Assembly (NCBI RefSeq): GCF_963676685.1
Contig: NC_092346.1
Coordinates: 65,844,001-65,908,000 of the forward strand
Direction of reading: 5' to 3'
DNA from: Mytilus edulis
Taxonomy: Eukaryota
DNA length: 64,000 bases
Of this stretch, positions 19,420 to 30,675 are shown piece after piece. The translations under genes were made by a program, and so were the position numbers. Every line of letters begins with the position of its first letter. The first letter of the stretch is position 1. A model generated the notes under the pieces. The model made no database searches and had not been told where the DNA came from. It saw only the letters and a program-made list of their open reading frames with translations.

Positions 19420-20061
19420 ATGAGTTTGGTGAAATTTCAAACACCCATGACTTCAATATGTGTCGGTCCAACGGGTTCAGGAAAAACTACATACATTAAA
19501 AGATTATTAGAGAACGCTCAGGAAATGTTTACAATACCACCTCAGAAGATATACTACTGTTACAGCATATGGCAAGATGTCTTCGATGAATTGAAAAAAA
19601 CTGTCTCCAACATTTCATTTCAACTGGAACTGCCTGATGAAAGTGATTTTCTTGTTGATAAGGATATACACACATTATGGATCATTGATGATAAAATGGA
19701 TGAAGTAGTGGACTGTAAACTGATGCAGAAGATTTATTGCGTTTTAAGTCATCACACCTTAACATCAATTATTTTTATACTACAAAATTTATATCAGAAG
19801 GGGAAGGTTATGCGATCAATCAGTTTGAATTCTCACGTCTTTTTTCTTTTCAAAAATGGTAGAGATTCACTGCAAATACAATCTTTAGCTCGACAAATGT
19901 TTCCAGGTCAAGTTCGCTTTTTCATGGACGTTTACCAACGTGCAATTAGCAGACCATACAATTGCTTGATAGTGGATATAGCACCAGGTTCAAACCCTGA
20001 ATATCAGTTGCGCGCAAATCCTTTTCCGGGGGAGGACACGATTGTTTATCAACCAAAATGA
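19420..20061 (+). CDS. Packaging ATPase, copy 2
   Basis: Translation identical to copy 1. Confidence 0.93.
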   Translation: MSLVKFQTPMTSICVGPTGSGKTTYIKRLLENAQEMFTIPPQKIYYCYSIWQDVFDELKKTVSNISFQLELPDESDFLVDKDIHTLWIIDDKMDEVVDCKLMQKIYCVLSHHTLTSIIFILQNLYQKGKVMRSISLNSHVFFLFKNGRDSLQIQSLARQMFPGQVRFFMDVYQRAISRPYNCLIVDIAPGSNPEYQLRANPFPGEDTIVYQPK

Positions 20062-20399
20062 TTTTAAAAGAATCAAGTAGAAGCTTCCTTAAATTATTGG
20101 CGAACACTACACCTGAACAATCTGCTCAAATCATAAAAAGCACGGACCACAGACAATTACAACTATTAGTAGAAATAGTATTCAACTGTCTAAAAAGCGT
20201 CATACCATTGTCTGAGAGGGTTAAAAGGAATCTTTCAACTTTTGCAAAGTTCATTCGTGCTGTGGTAGTTAATAATATAACACCTCAGTTGAGGAGAAAA
20301 CGTTTACTGAAGATAATTGTTATTATTCCAACATTGATATCATCTTTTTTCAAATACTATGACTCGGGAGTTAATACTATTACCCAAGGAGAAATATGA
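20058..20399 (+). CDS. Small helical Polinton protein, copy 2
   Basis: Translation identical to copy 1. Confidence 0.65.
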   Translation: MILKESSRSFLKLLANTTPEQSAQIIKSTDHRQLQLLVEIVFNCLKSVIPLSERVKRNLSTFAKFIRAVVVNNITPQLRRKRLLKIIVIIPTLISSFFKYYDSGVNTITQGEI

Positions 20400-20754
20400 A
20401 AGATTGATGAATATGTCCAACCAATGTGAAATTGTTAATGTGAAAGAAAAAGAAAAGGAATATGATGGTAAAGATAGTGACAGTATAAAAACAGAAATAA
20501 ACCTAGAAGAAGATGTAACCAAACAACATGGTAGTGGTCAGGTTTTGCAAAAAACAGAATTGAAAAATTTAAAAGAAACTGTAGATCGATCAAAATCAGA
20601 CAATCAAGAGGAAAATAGGATGGATGTTGATGAATATGATGGTGCAGCAGAGGGTAAAGCTATCAAGATGTCTCCTGAAAAATTCTTAAGAAATGTGGAA
20701 AAATCGCAAAATCGCAAAAGATTAAAGAGTAAATGGTTATCATTTCATTTGTAA
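20359..20754 (+). CDS. Polinton hypothetical protein, copy 2
   Basis: Translation identical to copy 1. Confidence 0.6.
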   Translation: MTRELILLPKEKYERLMNMSNQCEIVNVKEKEKEYDGKDSDSIKTEINLEEDVTKQHGSGQVLQKTELKNLKETVDRSKSDNQEENRMDVDEYDGAAEGKAIKMSPEKFLRNVEKSQNRKRLKSKWLSFHL

Positions 20755-20994
20755 TGAAGAAGTGGATTATTTAAAACTATTGGAGACTTCAATCAATCAC
20801 TTGTATTTTTCTTTAAATTTGTCTATATTTATATATGTATATAATATATTGTCTATTTGTATATTTACACTGTGTACCTTTAAATTTAATTAATAAAATA
20901 AATATTTAGATAACATATGTTCGCCTATTAGTTCTAGTCCACGATCGCGTAGTATATATAAAACGTTGAAAGTGCTATTGATATCACAATTGTC

Positions 20995-23900
20995 ATGGCT
21001 GATGATCATTTCTGCGAGGATTTATTGCGTCTTTATCCTGACAGTAACCCTCAATATCAACAGCAGTTGCGAGAGTTAAATGATCGATTGAGTGTTGATA
21101 ATGACAACAGATCAAATCTTACGGTTAAGGTCTATTCATGTTATTATTGTAAACTTCTGTTTGATCACCCTTCCAAACTGAAGAGACACCAGAGAAACAG
21201 TTGTACATTTCCATGTCGACAATGTGATAGACATTTTGATTCAGCGGAAAATTTGTTTAAACATAGCAACATCGATCATACAACTTATCAGACTGGTTCA
21301 GGAAACACTGATTCAAATTCACATACTACAATCAAACATAAAAGTGTGGATAAGTCTGCTCTCTTGGGAATAGCACGAGCTCGTTTCATTTATCCGAATG
21401 AGGATAATGGGGAAAAGTATGATCTTCTAGCATTTTTATCTGGAATTAAGCATGAGGTAAAAACTCATTTACAAGAGATGTGTGATGAACTCGGTCATAT
21501 TAAGTGGTATATGAATTGTCTTGTGCAAATGATCAAGCCGAATGGAGGTGAAGGTGGTAATGATTTAAAGAATAATGCACATTTTATCTCGAAGACATCG
21601 AATCTAGTTGATAGAGCAAATATAGATGATGAACATGATATTAATGTGACATATCAAAAAATATTCAAAAGTTTTGATGAGTATATACGAAATGGGAGCG
21701 GTTGGTCATTAGATCATATTAAACACATTGAGATTAATACAGCTAAATATAAACCTTTAGGCGGTGGATCGTATATACCCCTACCAAGAACTCTTGCTGC
21801 AACCAGAGCGTTACTCAACATAAGAAACTTAGATGAAAAATGTTTTGTATATGCTATTATAGCATCCATACATCCTACGTGTTCAGGTGACCCTTCTAAA
21901 GTGCATCACTACATCCCATATGAACATGAATTGAACATGGAAGGTATACAATTGCCCGTTGCACCATCATTTGTGAGTAAATTTGAAAGGCAGAATAACA
22001 TTTCAGTAATGGTGTTAGGATTTGAAGAGGGTGAATTTTTCCCCCTCCATGTAACAGGTCTAAGAGAAGCTCATCATGAAGTTGACTTATTGTATTTGAA
22101 AAGTGGGAATAAAAGTCACTGGTGTTTGATTACAGATCTCAATAGACTTTTATATCGAACAAAATGCTTGGGACGCAGTCATAAGTATTGCAGATTCTGT
22201 TTATCAGGTTTCACCAGTGAACATACTTTAGAGAAACATATAAAATACTGCTCAAAATTTGAAGCTCAACATGTGACATATCCCACCAAGGGGGTAGACG
22301 ATATACTAACATTTCAAGATCACGCCAAACAGTTACAAACATCATTTGTTATTTATGCTGACATGGAAACATTTTGCGAACCTATGGTTACTGAAGAGCC
22401 AGAAGATAATCGAACCAGCACAACGAAATTAACAAAGTTGATACCATGCGGGTACGGTTATCAAGTTGTTTGCATCGATGACAGATACACTCAACCACCT
22501 AAAATATATAGAGGTGAAAATGTTAGTGAACACTTCCTTCATAGTCTTCTTGACGAAAATAAACGTATAAAGGCTATTTTGAACAATCCTGAACCCTTGT
22601 GCATGACTGTTGAAGATGAGGAAGATTTTCAATCAAGTACACATTGCCACATTTGCATGGAAGAATTTACAGATTCCACTATCCGCGTTCGAGACCATGC
22701 ACATGTTTCAGGTAAATTTCGTGGCGCTTCATGCAGAGATTGCAATCTTAATTTTAAAGAACACACATTCGTGCCAGTTATATTTCATAACCTGAAACAG
22801 TTTGATGCACATTTAATCTGTTCCTCGATAGGTATTTTCAAGAGTGAAGAAATTGGCTGCATAGCCACGAATGCAGAAAAGTACATCAGTTTCAACCTAT
22901 CCAATCTGCGCTTTATCGATTCATACCAGTTTTTGAATTGTTCACTAGAGGAATTGGTATCGTCAATGTCTAAGGAGAATCCGAAAGAAACATTTAAACA
23001 TTTTACAAAAGAATTTGATGATGATAAGCGGATTGCTCTTTTGTTGAAAAAAGGAACATATCCTTACGAATACATTGACAATGCAGCAAGGTTCAATGAA
23101 ACTGAATTACCCTCTATAGACAAATTCTACAGCAATTTATCAGAGAAAACAATTAGTCAAACCGAGTATGAACATGCGCAACGGGTATGGAATCAAATGA
23201 ATATTAAGAATATAGGCGAATATCACGATCTTTATCTAAAAACTGACGTTCTATTATTAGCTGATGTATTTGAAACTTTCAGGAAGAAGTGGATAACGAA
23301 CTATTCCCTCGACCCTGCAAATTATTACACTCTTCCAGGGCTTTCCTGGCAATCTGCATTGAAAATGACTGGTGTGAGACTTGAGCTATTGACAGATCCT
23401 ACAATGTGGCTCTTCTTTGAGCAGAGTATACGAGGAGGTTTAACAATGGTGAGCTGCAGACATGCAAAAGCAAACAATCCCTACTTGAGCAATTATGATC
23501 CAGCTTTACCAACTTCATACTTGATGTATGTAGATGCGAACAATTTATACGGTTTAAGCATGAGCATGCCATTAGCTGTGGGGAAATTCCAGTGGTTGTC
23601 AGAAGAGGAAATAAACGATTTCAATGTCTTAAATGTATCCAATAACGCTGACATCGGATATGTCATTGAATGCGATTTGGATTACCCAGATAACTTACAC
23701 GATCTTCACAATGATTTTCCTCTTGCAGTTGAAAAAGGAGTGATAACAAATGAAATGCTTTCACCTCATTCACGTCATCTGTATGAGCAAGCAAATGATG
23801 ATGGGAAAGAATACCAACCGAGCACCAAATTGCTAGCTACTTTGAAAGATAAAAAGCATTACATCTTGCACTATGTGAATCTAAAGTTATACCTCAAACT

Positions 23901-24798
23901 AGGTTTGGTTTTGAAGAAGATTCACAATATAGTTTCATTTGAACAGCGTCCATGGTTGAAACAGTATATTGACTTCAATACCGAAATGAGGAAAAAGGCT
24001 ACTAGCAATTTCGAGCAAAAACTTTTTAAAAATGGCAACAATGCTATTTTCGGTAAATCAATGGAATCGTTGCGGAAACATATCAACTTCTCTCTCTGTC
24101 ATAGGTGGGATAAGTTTCAAAAACTTACTGCAAAATCATCATTTAAAAGCTTTAAGATATTCAACGACCACTTGTGCGGCGTGCTACAAACCAAAACAAA
24201 AATTTTCTTCAACAAACCAATTTACCTAGGACAAATGATTCTCGATCTGTCAAAGGCGCACATGGTTGATTACTACTACAACCACATGAAAAAACTATAC
24301 AAGGAGAATGTAACATTATGTTACACAGATACTGACAGTTTCATTATGCATGTGAGAACTGATGACATATATAGAGACATGTCGTTAAACAGTGAGCTAT
24401 ATGACTTTTCAAATTATCCAGCTGATCACCCTCTTTACACCAAAGACAGGAAATCGATTATTGGTTTATTCAAAGATGAATGCAAGTCCATTCAAATGGT
24501 GGAATATATCGGACTAAGAGCAAAAATGTATAGTTTTATCACCGCAGACGACAAGGAAACTGTAGTAGCAAAGGGTATTAAAACCCGAAATGTTAGATTC
24601 GAACAATATAAAAACACCTTGTTCAATTGTTCTCCACTACTCTCGCATATGTACACTTTGAGAAGTTTCAACCATCAGATTCACATGGTGAAGGTTGTGA
24701 AAAGTGGACTATCACCATATGATGACAAGAGACACTTGCTGGATGATAATGTGCATTCGCTAGCATATTTTCATAGAAAATTAAAAGAAAAACATTAA
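20995..24798 (+). CDS. Protein-primed PolB, copy 2
   Basis: Translation identical to copy 1. Confidence 0.97.
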   Translation: MADDHFCEDLLRLYPDSNPQYQQQLRELNDRLSVDNDNRSNLTVKVYSCYYCKLLFDHPSKLKRHQRNSCTFPCRQCDRHFDSAENLFKHSNIDHTTYQTGSGNTDSNSHTTIKHKSVDKSALLGIARARFIYPNEDNGEKYDLLAFLSGIKHEVKTHLQEMCDELGHIKWYMNCLVQMIKPNGGEGGNDLKNNAHFISKTSNLVDRANIDDEHDINVTYQKIFKSFDEYIRNGSGWSLDHIKHIEINTAKYKPLGGGSYIPLPRTLAATRALLNIRNLDEKCFVYAIIASIHPTCSGDPSKVHHYIPYEHELNMEGIQLPVAPSFVSKFERQNNISVMVLGFEEGEFFPLHVTGLREAHHEVDLLYLKSGNKSHWCLITDLNRLLYRTKCLGRSHKYCRFCLSGFTSEHTLEKHIKYCSKFEAQHVTYPTKGVDDILTFQDHAKQLQTSFVIYADMETFCEPMVTEEPEDNRTSTTKLTKLIPCGYGYQVVCIDDRYTQPPKIYRGENVSEHFLHSLLDENKRIKAILNNPEPLCMTVEDEEDFQSSTHCHICMEEFTDSTIRVRDHAHVSGKFRGASCRDCNLNFKEHTFVPVIFHNLKQFDAHLICSSIGIFKSEEIGCIATNAEKYISFNLSNLRFIDSYQFLNCSLEELVSSMSKENPKETFKHFTKEFDDDKRIALLLKKGTYPYEYIDNAARFNETELPSIDKFYSNLSEKTISQTEYEHAQRVWNQMNIKNIGEYHDLYLKTDVLLLADVFETFRKKWITNYSLDPANYYTLPGLSWQSALKMTGVRLELLTDPTMWLFFEQSIRGGLTMVSCRHAKANNPYLSNYDPALPTSYLMYVDANNLYGLSMSMPLAVGKFQWLSEEEINDFNVLNVSNNADIGYVIECDLDYPDNLHDLHNDFPLAVEKGVITNEMLSPHSRHLYEQANDDGKEYQPSTKLLATLKDKKHYILHYVNLKLYLKLGLVLKKIHNIVSFEQRPWLKQYIDFNTEMRKKATSNFEQKLFKNGNNAIFGKSMESLRKHINFSLCHRWDKFQKLTAKSSFKSFKIFNDHLCGVLQTKTKIFFNKPIYLGQMILDLSKAHMVDYYYNHMKKLYKENVTLCYTDTDSFIMHVRTDDIYRDMSLNSELYDFSNYPADHPLYTKDRKSIIGLFKDECKSIQMVEYIGLRAKMYSFITADDKETVVAKGIKTRNVRFEQYKNTLFNCSPLLSHMYTLRSFNHQIHMVKVVKSGLSPYDDKRHLLDDNVHSLAYFHRKLKEKH

Positions 24799-25055
24799 TA
24801 CAATTGTAAATTGAAAAAAAAATCCATATCCGTAATAAATTCAAGAAAAAGAAAACACACTGTACAATAATTATATAATATTTTATTTCATGTAAATAAA
24901 TATATGATTTTATAATAAAATATATCAACATATTTAAGTTTTATCCGTTTGCTATCAACCTGGGGAAGTGAAATACATAGGGCAATGGGGAGTAGCATGG
25001 TAAAATGGCGACTTTAACTTAAAAACCCCAATGAAAATACATAACTTTAAAACCC

Positions 25056-25571
25056 AAATGGACCTTCAAACAAACTTCAAACATAATGACAATAGGACAA
25101 TGGGGAATAACACCTTCAAACATTAAGGCAATAGGACAATGGGGAATAACACCTTCAAACATAGGACAATGTGAAATAACACCTTCGAACATTAGAACAA
25201 TGGGGAATAGCACCTTCAAACATTAGAACAATGGGGAATAACACCTTCAAACATTATGTCAATGGGGAATAACACCTTCAAATGGGGAATAACACCTTCA
25301 AACACACCAGTGAAATACATTGGACAATGGGGAATAACACCTTCAAACACGATGAAAATATTACAAATAAATTTTAGATTAAAATATAAGAGACATATTC
25401 TTTGGTAAATTAAACACAATTATGAAAATGGGGAATTACACCTTCAAACGCACCAGTGAAATACATTGTGCAATGGGGAAAAAGACCTTCAAACACGATG
25501 AAAATATTACAAATAAATTTCTTAAATTTTAGATTAAAATATATGAGACATATTCTTTGGTAAATTAAACA
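25056..25571 (+). repeat. Internal CAATGGGGAATAACACCTTCAAA array, copy 2
   Basis: Same as 12440-12955. Confidence 0.9.
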
Positions 25572-26733
25572 CGTGAAAATCGCATGTTTAATATTTTCCT
25601 TAAAATATCGGAAAAGTTCTCCCTATTGAACGAAAGTCCGAGTGAATTTAAAACAGACCCTGGGACGTTCTTTAAATGAATGAATATCTCTTCAGATGTG
25701 AAATGGCTGCATTCCCTTATCATTTTATTTAATTGATATCTTTGATCAAAAATTTCCTCGGCAGCATTAAACACATCTAATTCGGCAAATCCAGGATTTA
25801 AAACAAATTGAAAGTCTGCATAATCCATAAAAATAATTAAAATTGGTGAGGGAATTTTACAAAAAAAATCTCTCATTTGAATATCACATTTTGTTGTTAA
25901 TTTATTATAAATACATGCAACAGATAAAGTTCTTAATGAAGGTGGAGCTGACCGCTTTCGTTTTTCACTCAGTGTCTTTTTTTCTACTTCTTCTCCCATT
26001 GTCCTTTTTCTGTTCTGATTGGCTAAAAGAAATAAATAAGATACATAAACTCTAGTAAAATAGTTTTCACATCATAAATCTACAGATACATGCATGAAAA
26101 CAAATGAACAAAGTGCGACACCTGTATTAAGAAATTGGATTTCATAATGGAGATTTCTAAAATAAATGAAAAGGATGAATTGAGTAGTGCAAATGTGGAA
26201 GAATATTCACTTAAAATGACAGATGAGCATGATTACAATTTTATCAATATGGATACAGCTGAAATCAGTGACCAGTTTCCACAACTGCACTGGCTTGGTG
26301 CAAAGATGAAAATTGTCGGATTGTTATTCTGTTCGATAACTCTAGCAGTTATATTAATAAATGGGCCATTAAACAGTGAAAATGATCCTCCATTCATATC
26401 TGATGATGTTAAACGAAACAGTAGCGGAAACGATTTATTTTGTAATAAAATGGACACTTTTGCTTTATCTGAAGATATTTTTGTAAATACATGTATATTG
26501 AATAGTGAACTGTTTGTATTATTGAGAAATGATCCTCTTAGAAATGAGATCGCTTTAAATCAAAGGCAATGGTTTTATCTTAAAGCGAGTATTTCACATA
26601 TTGATAAATCAATCTTTGATTGGAAAAATGTTGCTAAGTTATAAATGATTTCTATCCTAACTATTGTATATAAGAACATATTAGAAACAGAATAAAAATT
26701 TGATCACTTACTGGTGTTATCTTCACTCGCCAT
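25565..26733 (-). CDS. Predicted two-exon 159-aa BC-box/SOCS-box-like protein (exons 26733-26712, 26022-25565)
   Basis: ATG GCG AGT GAA GAT AAC ACC A|gtaagt ... tttcttttag|CC joins in frame to the 144-aa ORF; KRKR NLS-like, PPSLRTLSVACI and IPSPIL. Confidence 0.55.
26147..26644 (+). CDS. PC4-like domain protein with a TM/signal segment, nested antisense in an intron
   Basis: MKIVGLLFCSITLAVILING hydrophobic stretch (ATG 26306); IALNQRQWFYLKASISHIDKSI resembles the PC4 C-terminal GISLxxEQWxxLKxxIxxID. Confidence 0.6.
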   Translation: MEISKINEKDELSSANVEEYSLKMTDEHDYNFINMDTAEISDQFPQLHWLGAKMKIVGLLFCSITLAVILINGPLNSENDPPFISDDVKRNSSGNDLFCNKMDTFALSEDIFVNTCILNSELFVLLRNDPLRNEIALNQRQWFYLKASISHIDKSIFDWKNVAKL

Positions 26734-26955
26734 CTTCAACTGCTTCAGAAAGTATGAATCCAGCTCCAGCTGTTTTCTTTTTCTTCTTTAGCCTCTTGAA
26801 CGGGCCAGATTCTGCTGCAACAATCACCTTTCTGACGTCCGACTCTGACACTCCCGCCTCCTCATCGCTATCGCTGATAGCAATCACCTTTCTCTAAAAT
26901 AAGAATATCATAATATAGAAAATCATCTTAAAATTTTAAAGTTATTTCAATGTTT

Positions 26956-26994
<39 letters not shown>

Positions 26995-27139
26995 CTTTTT
27001 ATGGTACATTTAATTGGATAATTACTTTAAATTCATAAACTTGAAAATTATAACTACTTATTTTGATTTACATAGAAAAAAAAAACAAAAGTTGTTTTAC
27101 CTTTCTTTTCAAAGTAACTTTTTTTACTTCTTCTTCTTC

Positions 27140-27171
<32 letters not shown>

Positions 27172-28111
27172 CTTCTTCTTCTTCTTCTTCTTCCTCTTCA
27201 ACAACTATAACCTTCTTTTTCCTGCTAGGTTTTTGCAGCTAAAAAAATTAATATATAATAAAAACAATTGAACGTGTAAGAAATCATATAAATCAACGTT
27301 TGCTGTGGGAAAGAAATTCGTATTTATTAGCGGTTGAGAAATTTACCTAGAAACAAAAATGTTGAAATATCTGCAACTGAACGTTTATCAAAACATTTTT
27401 TACTTGCTATCAATAACTTTGAAAATTAATACTAACAGTGGTGAAATCAACCCAGAAACAAGTGAAATATCTGCAGCTGAACGCAAGCCGCTTGTAAATA
27501 CTCTCTATCAATAACTTACTTTTAACTAAAACGTTTGTTGTATATTAAACCTATAAAGTATATATTTATGTTCAATTATTTGCTGTTGAAGGATAATTAG
27601 AACGTTTATCATATAGTTTTTACTCGCTTTCAATAACTTTGAAAATTATGTGTACTTACTAGCAGTAGTGAAATTTACGAAAAAACATATAAGGTGAAAC
27701 ATCTGCAGCTGGTGCTTTTATTAAACACTCGCAATATCTTACTTTAAAATAATTTTGTAGATCGCTCCTATTTCTTAGAGAATAAAATATATATCACGCT
27801 CAACTATTTGCTGCTGAACGATAATAATTTAGCTATATGTTCATGTAAATATTTACTGCTAAATATTAGAAATCACTAACCTGTTTTTTTATTTCTGCCT
27901 CAGCTTTTAAAAGAACTGGCTTCAGATTGCATAGCTCTTTAAACTCATCAGTCCCAAGAGTTATGCTTCTGCTACTTGTTAAACTGCCTATGTGGATATA
28001 AACATATCCCTTGTACGGTGTAACCGCAATGTTCTTCTTTCTTCCAAAATTCAACTCAGCCCGCTCTACTTCTCCACCAAATCCCCTCATGTACTCAACC
28101 TGGTTCATCAT
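26723..28111 (-). CDS. Predicted three-exon 179-aa PC4-like ssDNA-binding/coactivator protein (exons 28111-27881, 27238-27101, 26893-26723)
   Basis: PC4-like LNFGRKKNIAVTPYKGYVYIHI...SITLGTDEFKEL; GT-AG phase-0 introns; exons of 231, 138 and 171 nt stay in frame. Confidence 0.7.
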
Positions 28112-28489
28112 TTTTATCGCTTTATGATAGAATTGAGTGTACCGCGTTAATAAAGGAATAAAGCTTCCGTTTCATTAAATTATGAATAATAGTTTCCAAC
28201 ACTTATTTACTCCTAAAGGCTCGCCAACCTTCCATTATCCATGTTACACCATTTTATTAATTCATATGTAATTTCAGTGTAGATCTGTCCCGATCGCGAT
28301 TTTTCATGTCAGATTGATCTCCAATATTGCGGCAGTATTTGGATAATACACCTTCTGTTTACATTAAATCTTAGTTCATCAGTTTAAATATAAAGTGTTT
28401 ATCACCTTTCAAATTTGAAAAGTGATCATTACTCAATAAATTTTGATTGTTTTTATTTAAGATCAATTATATATTATAGATTTGTTCGA

Positions 28490-28930
28490 ACCGGATTTTG
28501 ATGGTTATTTTTTACATCTCATTACTATTTTTTCTCTCTATATATAATTTTTCCTTCATTAAAACAAAACCTATTTTCTTTTCTTTTCTTTGGATCATAT
28601 TTTCAATGGTAAATCGAGTTGGATTTTGACGATTATTTTTACATCTCATTACTATCTCCTTTTTTTTTCTCTCTCTCTCTCGCTCTAATTTTTTTCATCG
28701 TTAAAACACCTTTTTTCTTTTCTTTGGATCATAGTTTCAATGGTGAATCCTATCTCCTTTTTCTCTCTCTCTATTTTTTCCTTCGTTAGAACATAAGCGA
28801 CTTTTTTCTTTTCTTTGGATCATCTTTTCTTTGGATCATATTTTCAATGGTGGATCATATCTCCTTTTTCTCTCTCTCTCTATTTTTCCCCCTACATGCT
28901 ACTTTTTTCTTTTCTTTTCTTTGGATCGTA
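28490..28930 (+). repeat. Degenerate pyrimidine-rich repeats (ttttctttggatcat units)
   Basis: Motif recurs at about 28585, 28720, 28810, 28825 and 28915. Confidence 0.6.
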
Positions 28931-29050
28931 GTTAATTGTTTTGCTCATGACTTTTTTGCAGCTAGCTAATTTTTCCCATGTGTAAATATTTCATTTGATA
29001 AGATTTGAGATTGAAGCTTGTGGATTACCATCTTTTATAATTAATAGTTG

Positions 29051-30675
29051 ATAAAAATGTTTTAAGCAAAGTTTTTGTTTTGCAAATTTCTAGATATGCT
29101 CTTTTCTTTTCTTTGGATCATTGTAAATGGTGAATCTTGTTTTGTTCATGACTTTTTTTTCAGCTAGCTTCTTTTTTCCTGTGTAAATATTTCATTTTCT
29201 TGACAAGATTTGAGATTGAAGCTTGTGGTTTGACCTCTTTGAAGAGTTGTCTCATCAGCAATTAAACCATATTTCTTTTATAATTAATAAATTTAAAGTA
29301 GATAAAAATTAATTAAGCAAAGTTTTTGTTTGCAAATTTCTAGATGATATACAAATGGTGTCAACTGGTAATCATCCACATTGATTGGGGTAGCAATGCA
29401 GTGGGAAAAGTTTAAGAAAAGTCTAATTTATTAACACATATCAAATACAAATACTTTATTCCATGAAACAACATAGTAAGTTTCAAAACAAATCAAGTTT
29501 TCTGCACTATTTATATAACAATTGTAAATAATATAAACAAGAGAACTATCAAATGAAATTTGGTTATAAAAAACTTACATCATTTGTAATGCACCATTTT
29601 TTTTCACATAAAACATGTTATAGAAAGCACCATGACAGCGGTTACAAATCAAGAATTTTTATATATTTATCTCTAGGTTTAACTTAATCATATAGCACTA
29701 TAAAAAGTAATAAAAACAAAAGAAAAAAAGTTTAAGCAAACACAATATGATAAAATATGCGATAATATGTTGTAATTAAATTTGGATGCTGTAAATTCTC
29801 ATATGAAAAAATTCCAAAGATGAAAATGATGATAAAGTAAACATAAAAACAAAAAGTTCTCCATAAAAATGTTTTAAGCAAAGTTTTTGTTTTGCAAATT
29901 TCTAGATATGCTCTTTTCTTTTCTTTGGATCATTGTAAATGGTGAATCTTGTTTTGTTCATGACTTTTTTTTCAGCTAGCTTCTTTTTTCCTGTGTAAAT
30001 ATTTCATTTTCTTGACAAGATTTGAGATTGAAGCTTGTGGTTTGACCTCTTTGAAGAGTTGTCTCATCAGCAATTAAACCATATTTCTTTTATAATTAAT
30101 AAATTTAAAGTAGATAAAAATTAATTAAGCAAAGTTTTTGTTTGCAAATTTCTAGATGATATACAAATGGTGTCAACTGGTAATCATCCACATTGATTGG
30201 GGTAGCAATGCAGTGGGAAAAGTTTAAGAAAAGTCTAATTTATTAACACATATCAAATACAAATACTTTATTCCATGAAACAACATAGTAAGTTTCAAAA
30301 CAAATCAAGTTTTCTGCACTATTTATATAACAATTGTAAATAATATAAACAAGAGAACTATCAAATGAAATTTGGTTATAAAAAACTTACATCATTTGTA
30401 ATGCACCATTTTTTTTTCACATAAAACATGTTATAGAAAGCACCATGACAGCGGTTACAAATCAAGAATTTTTATATATTTATCTCTAGGTTTAACTTAA
30501 TCATATAGCACTATAAAAAGTAATAAAAACAAAAGAAAAAAAGTTTAAGCAAACACAATATGATAAAATATGCGATAATATGTTGTAATTAAATTTGGAT
30601 GCTGTAAATTCTCATATGAAAAAATTCCAAAGATGAAAATGATGATAAAGTAAACATAAAAACAAAAAGTTCTCC
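29051..30675 (+). repeat. Tandem duplication of an 812-bp unit (29051-29862, 29863-30675)
   Basis: Near-identical copies; one extra T in a homopolymer in the second. Confidence 0.9.

Noticed and set aside
2089-26888. Head-to-tail Polinton concatemer or true tandem insertion
   Set aside because: The second copy begins with host flank and the same TSD directly after a 100-N gap; a concatemer would not carry host DNA
27014-27271. Plus-strand poly-Phe ORF
   Set aside because: Antisense shadow of the minus-strand poly-Glu exon
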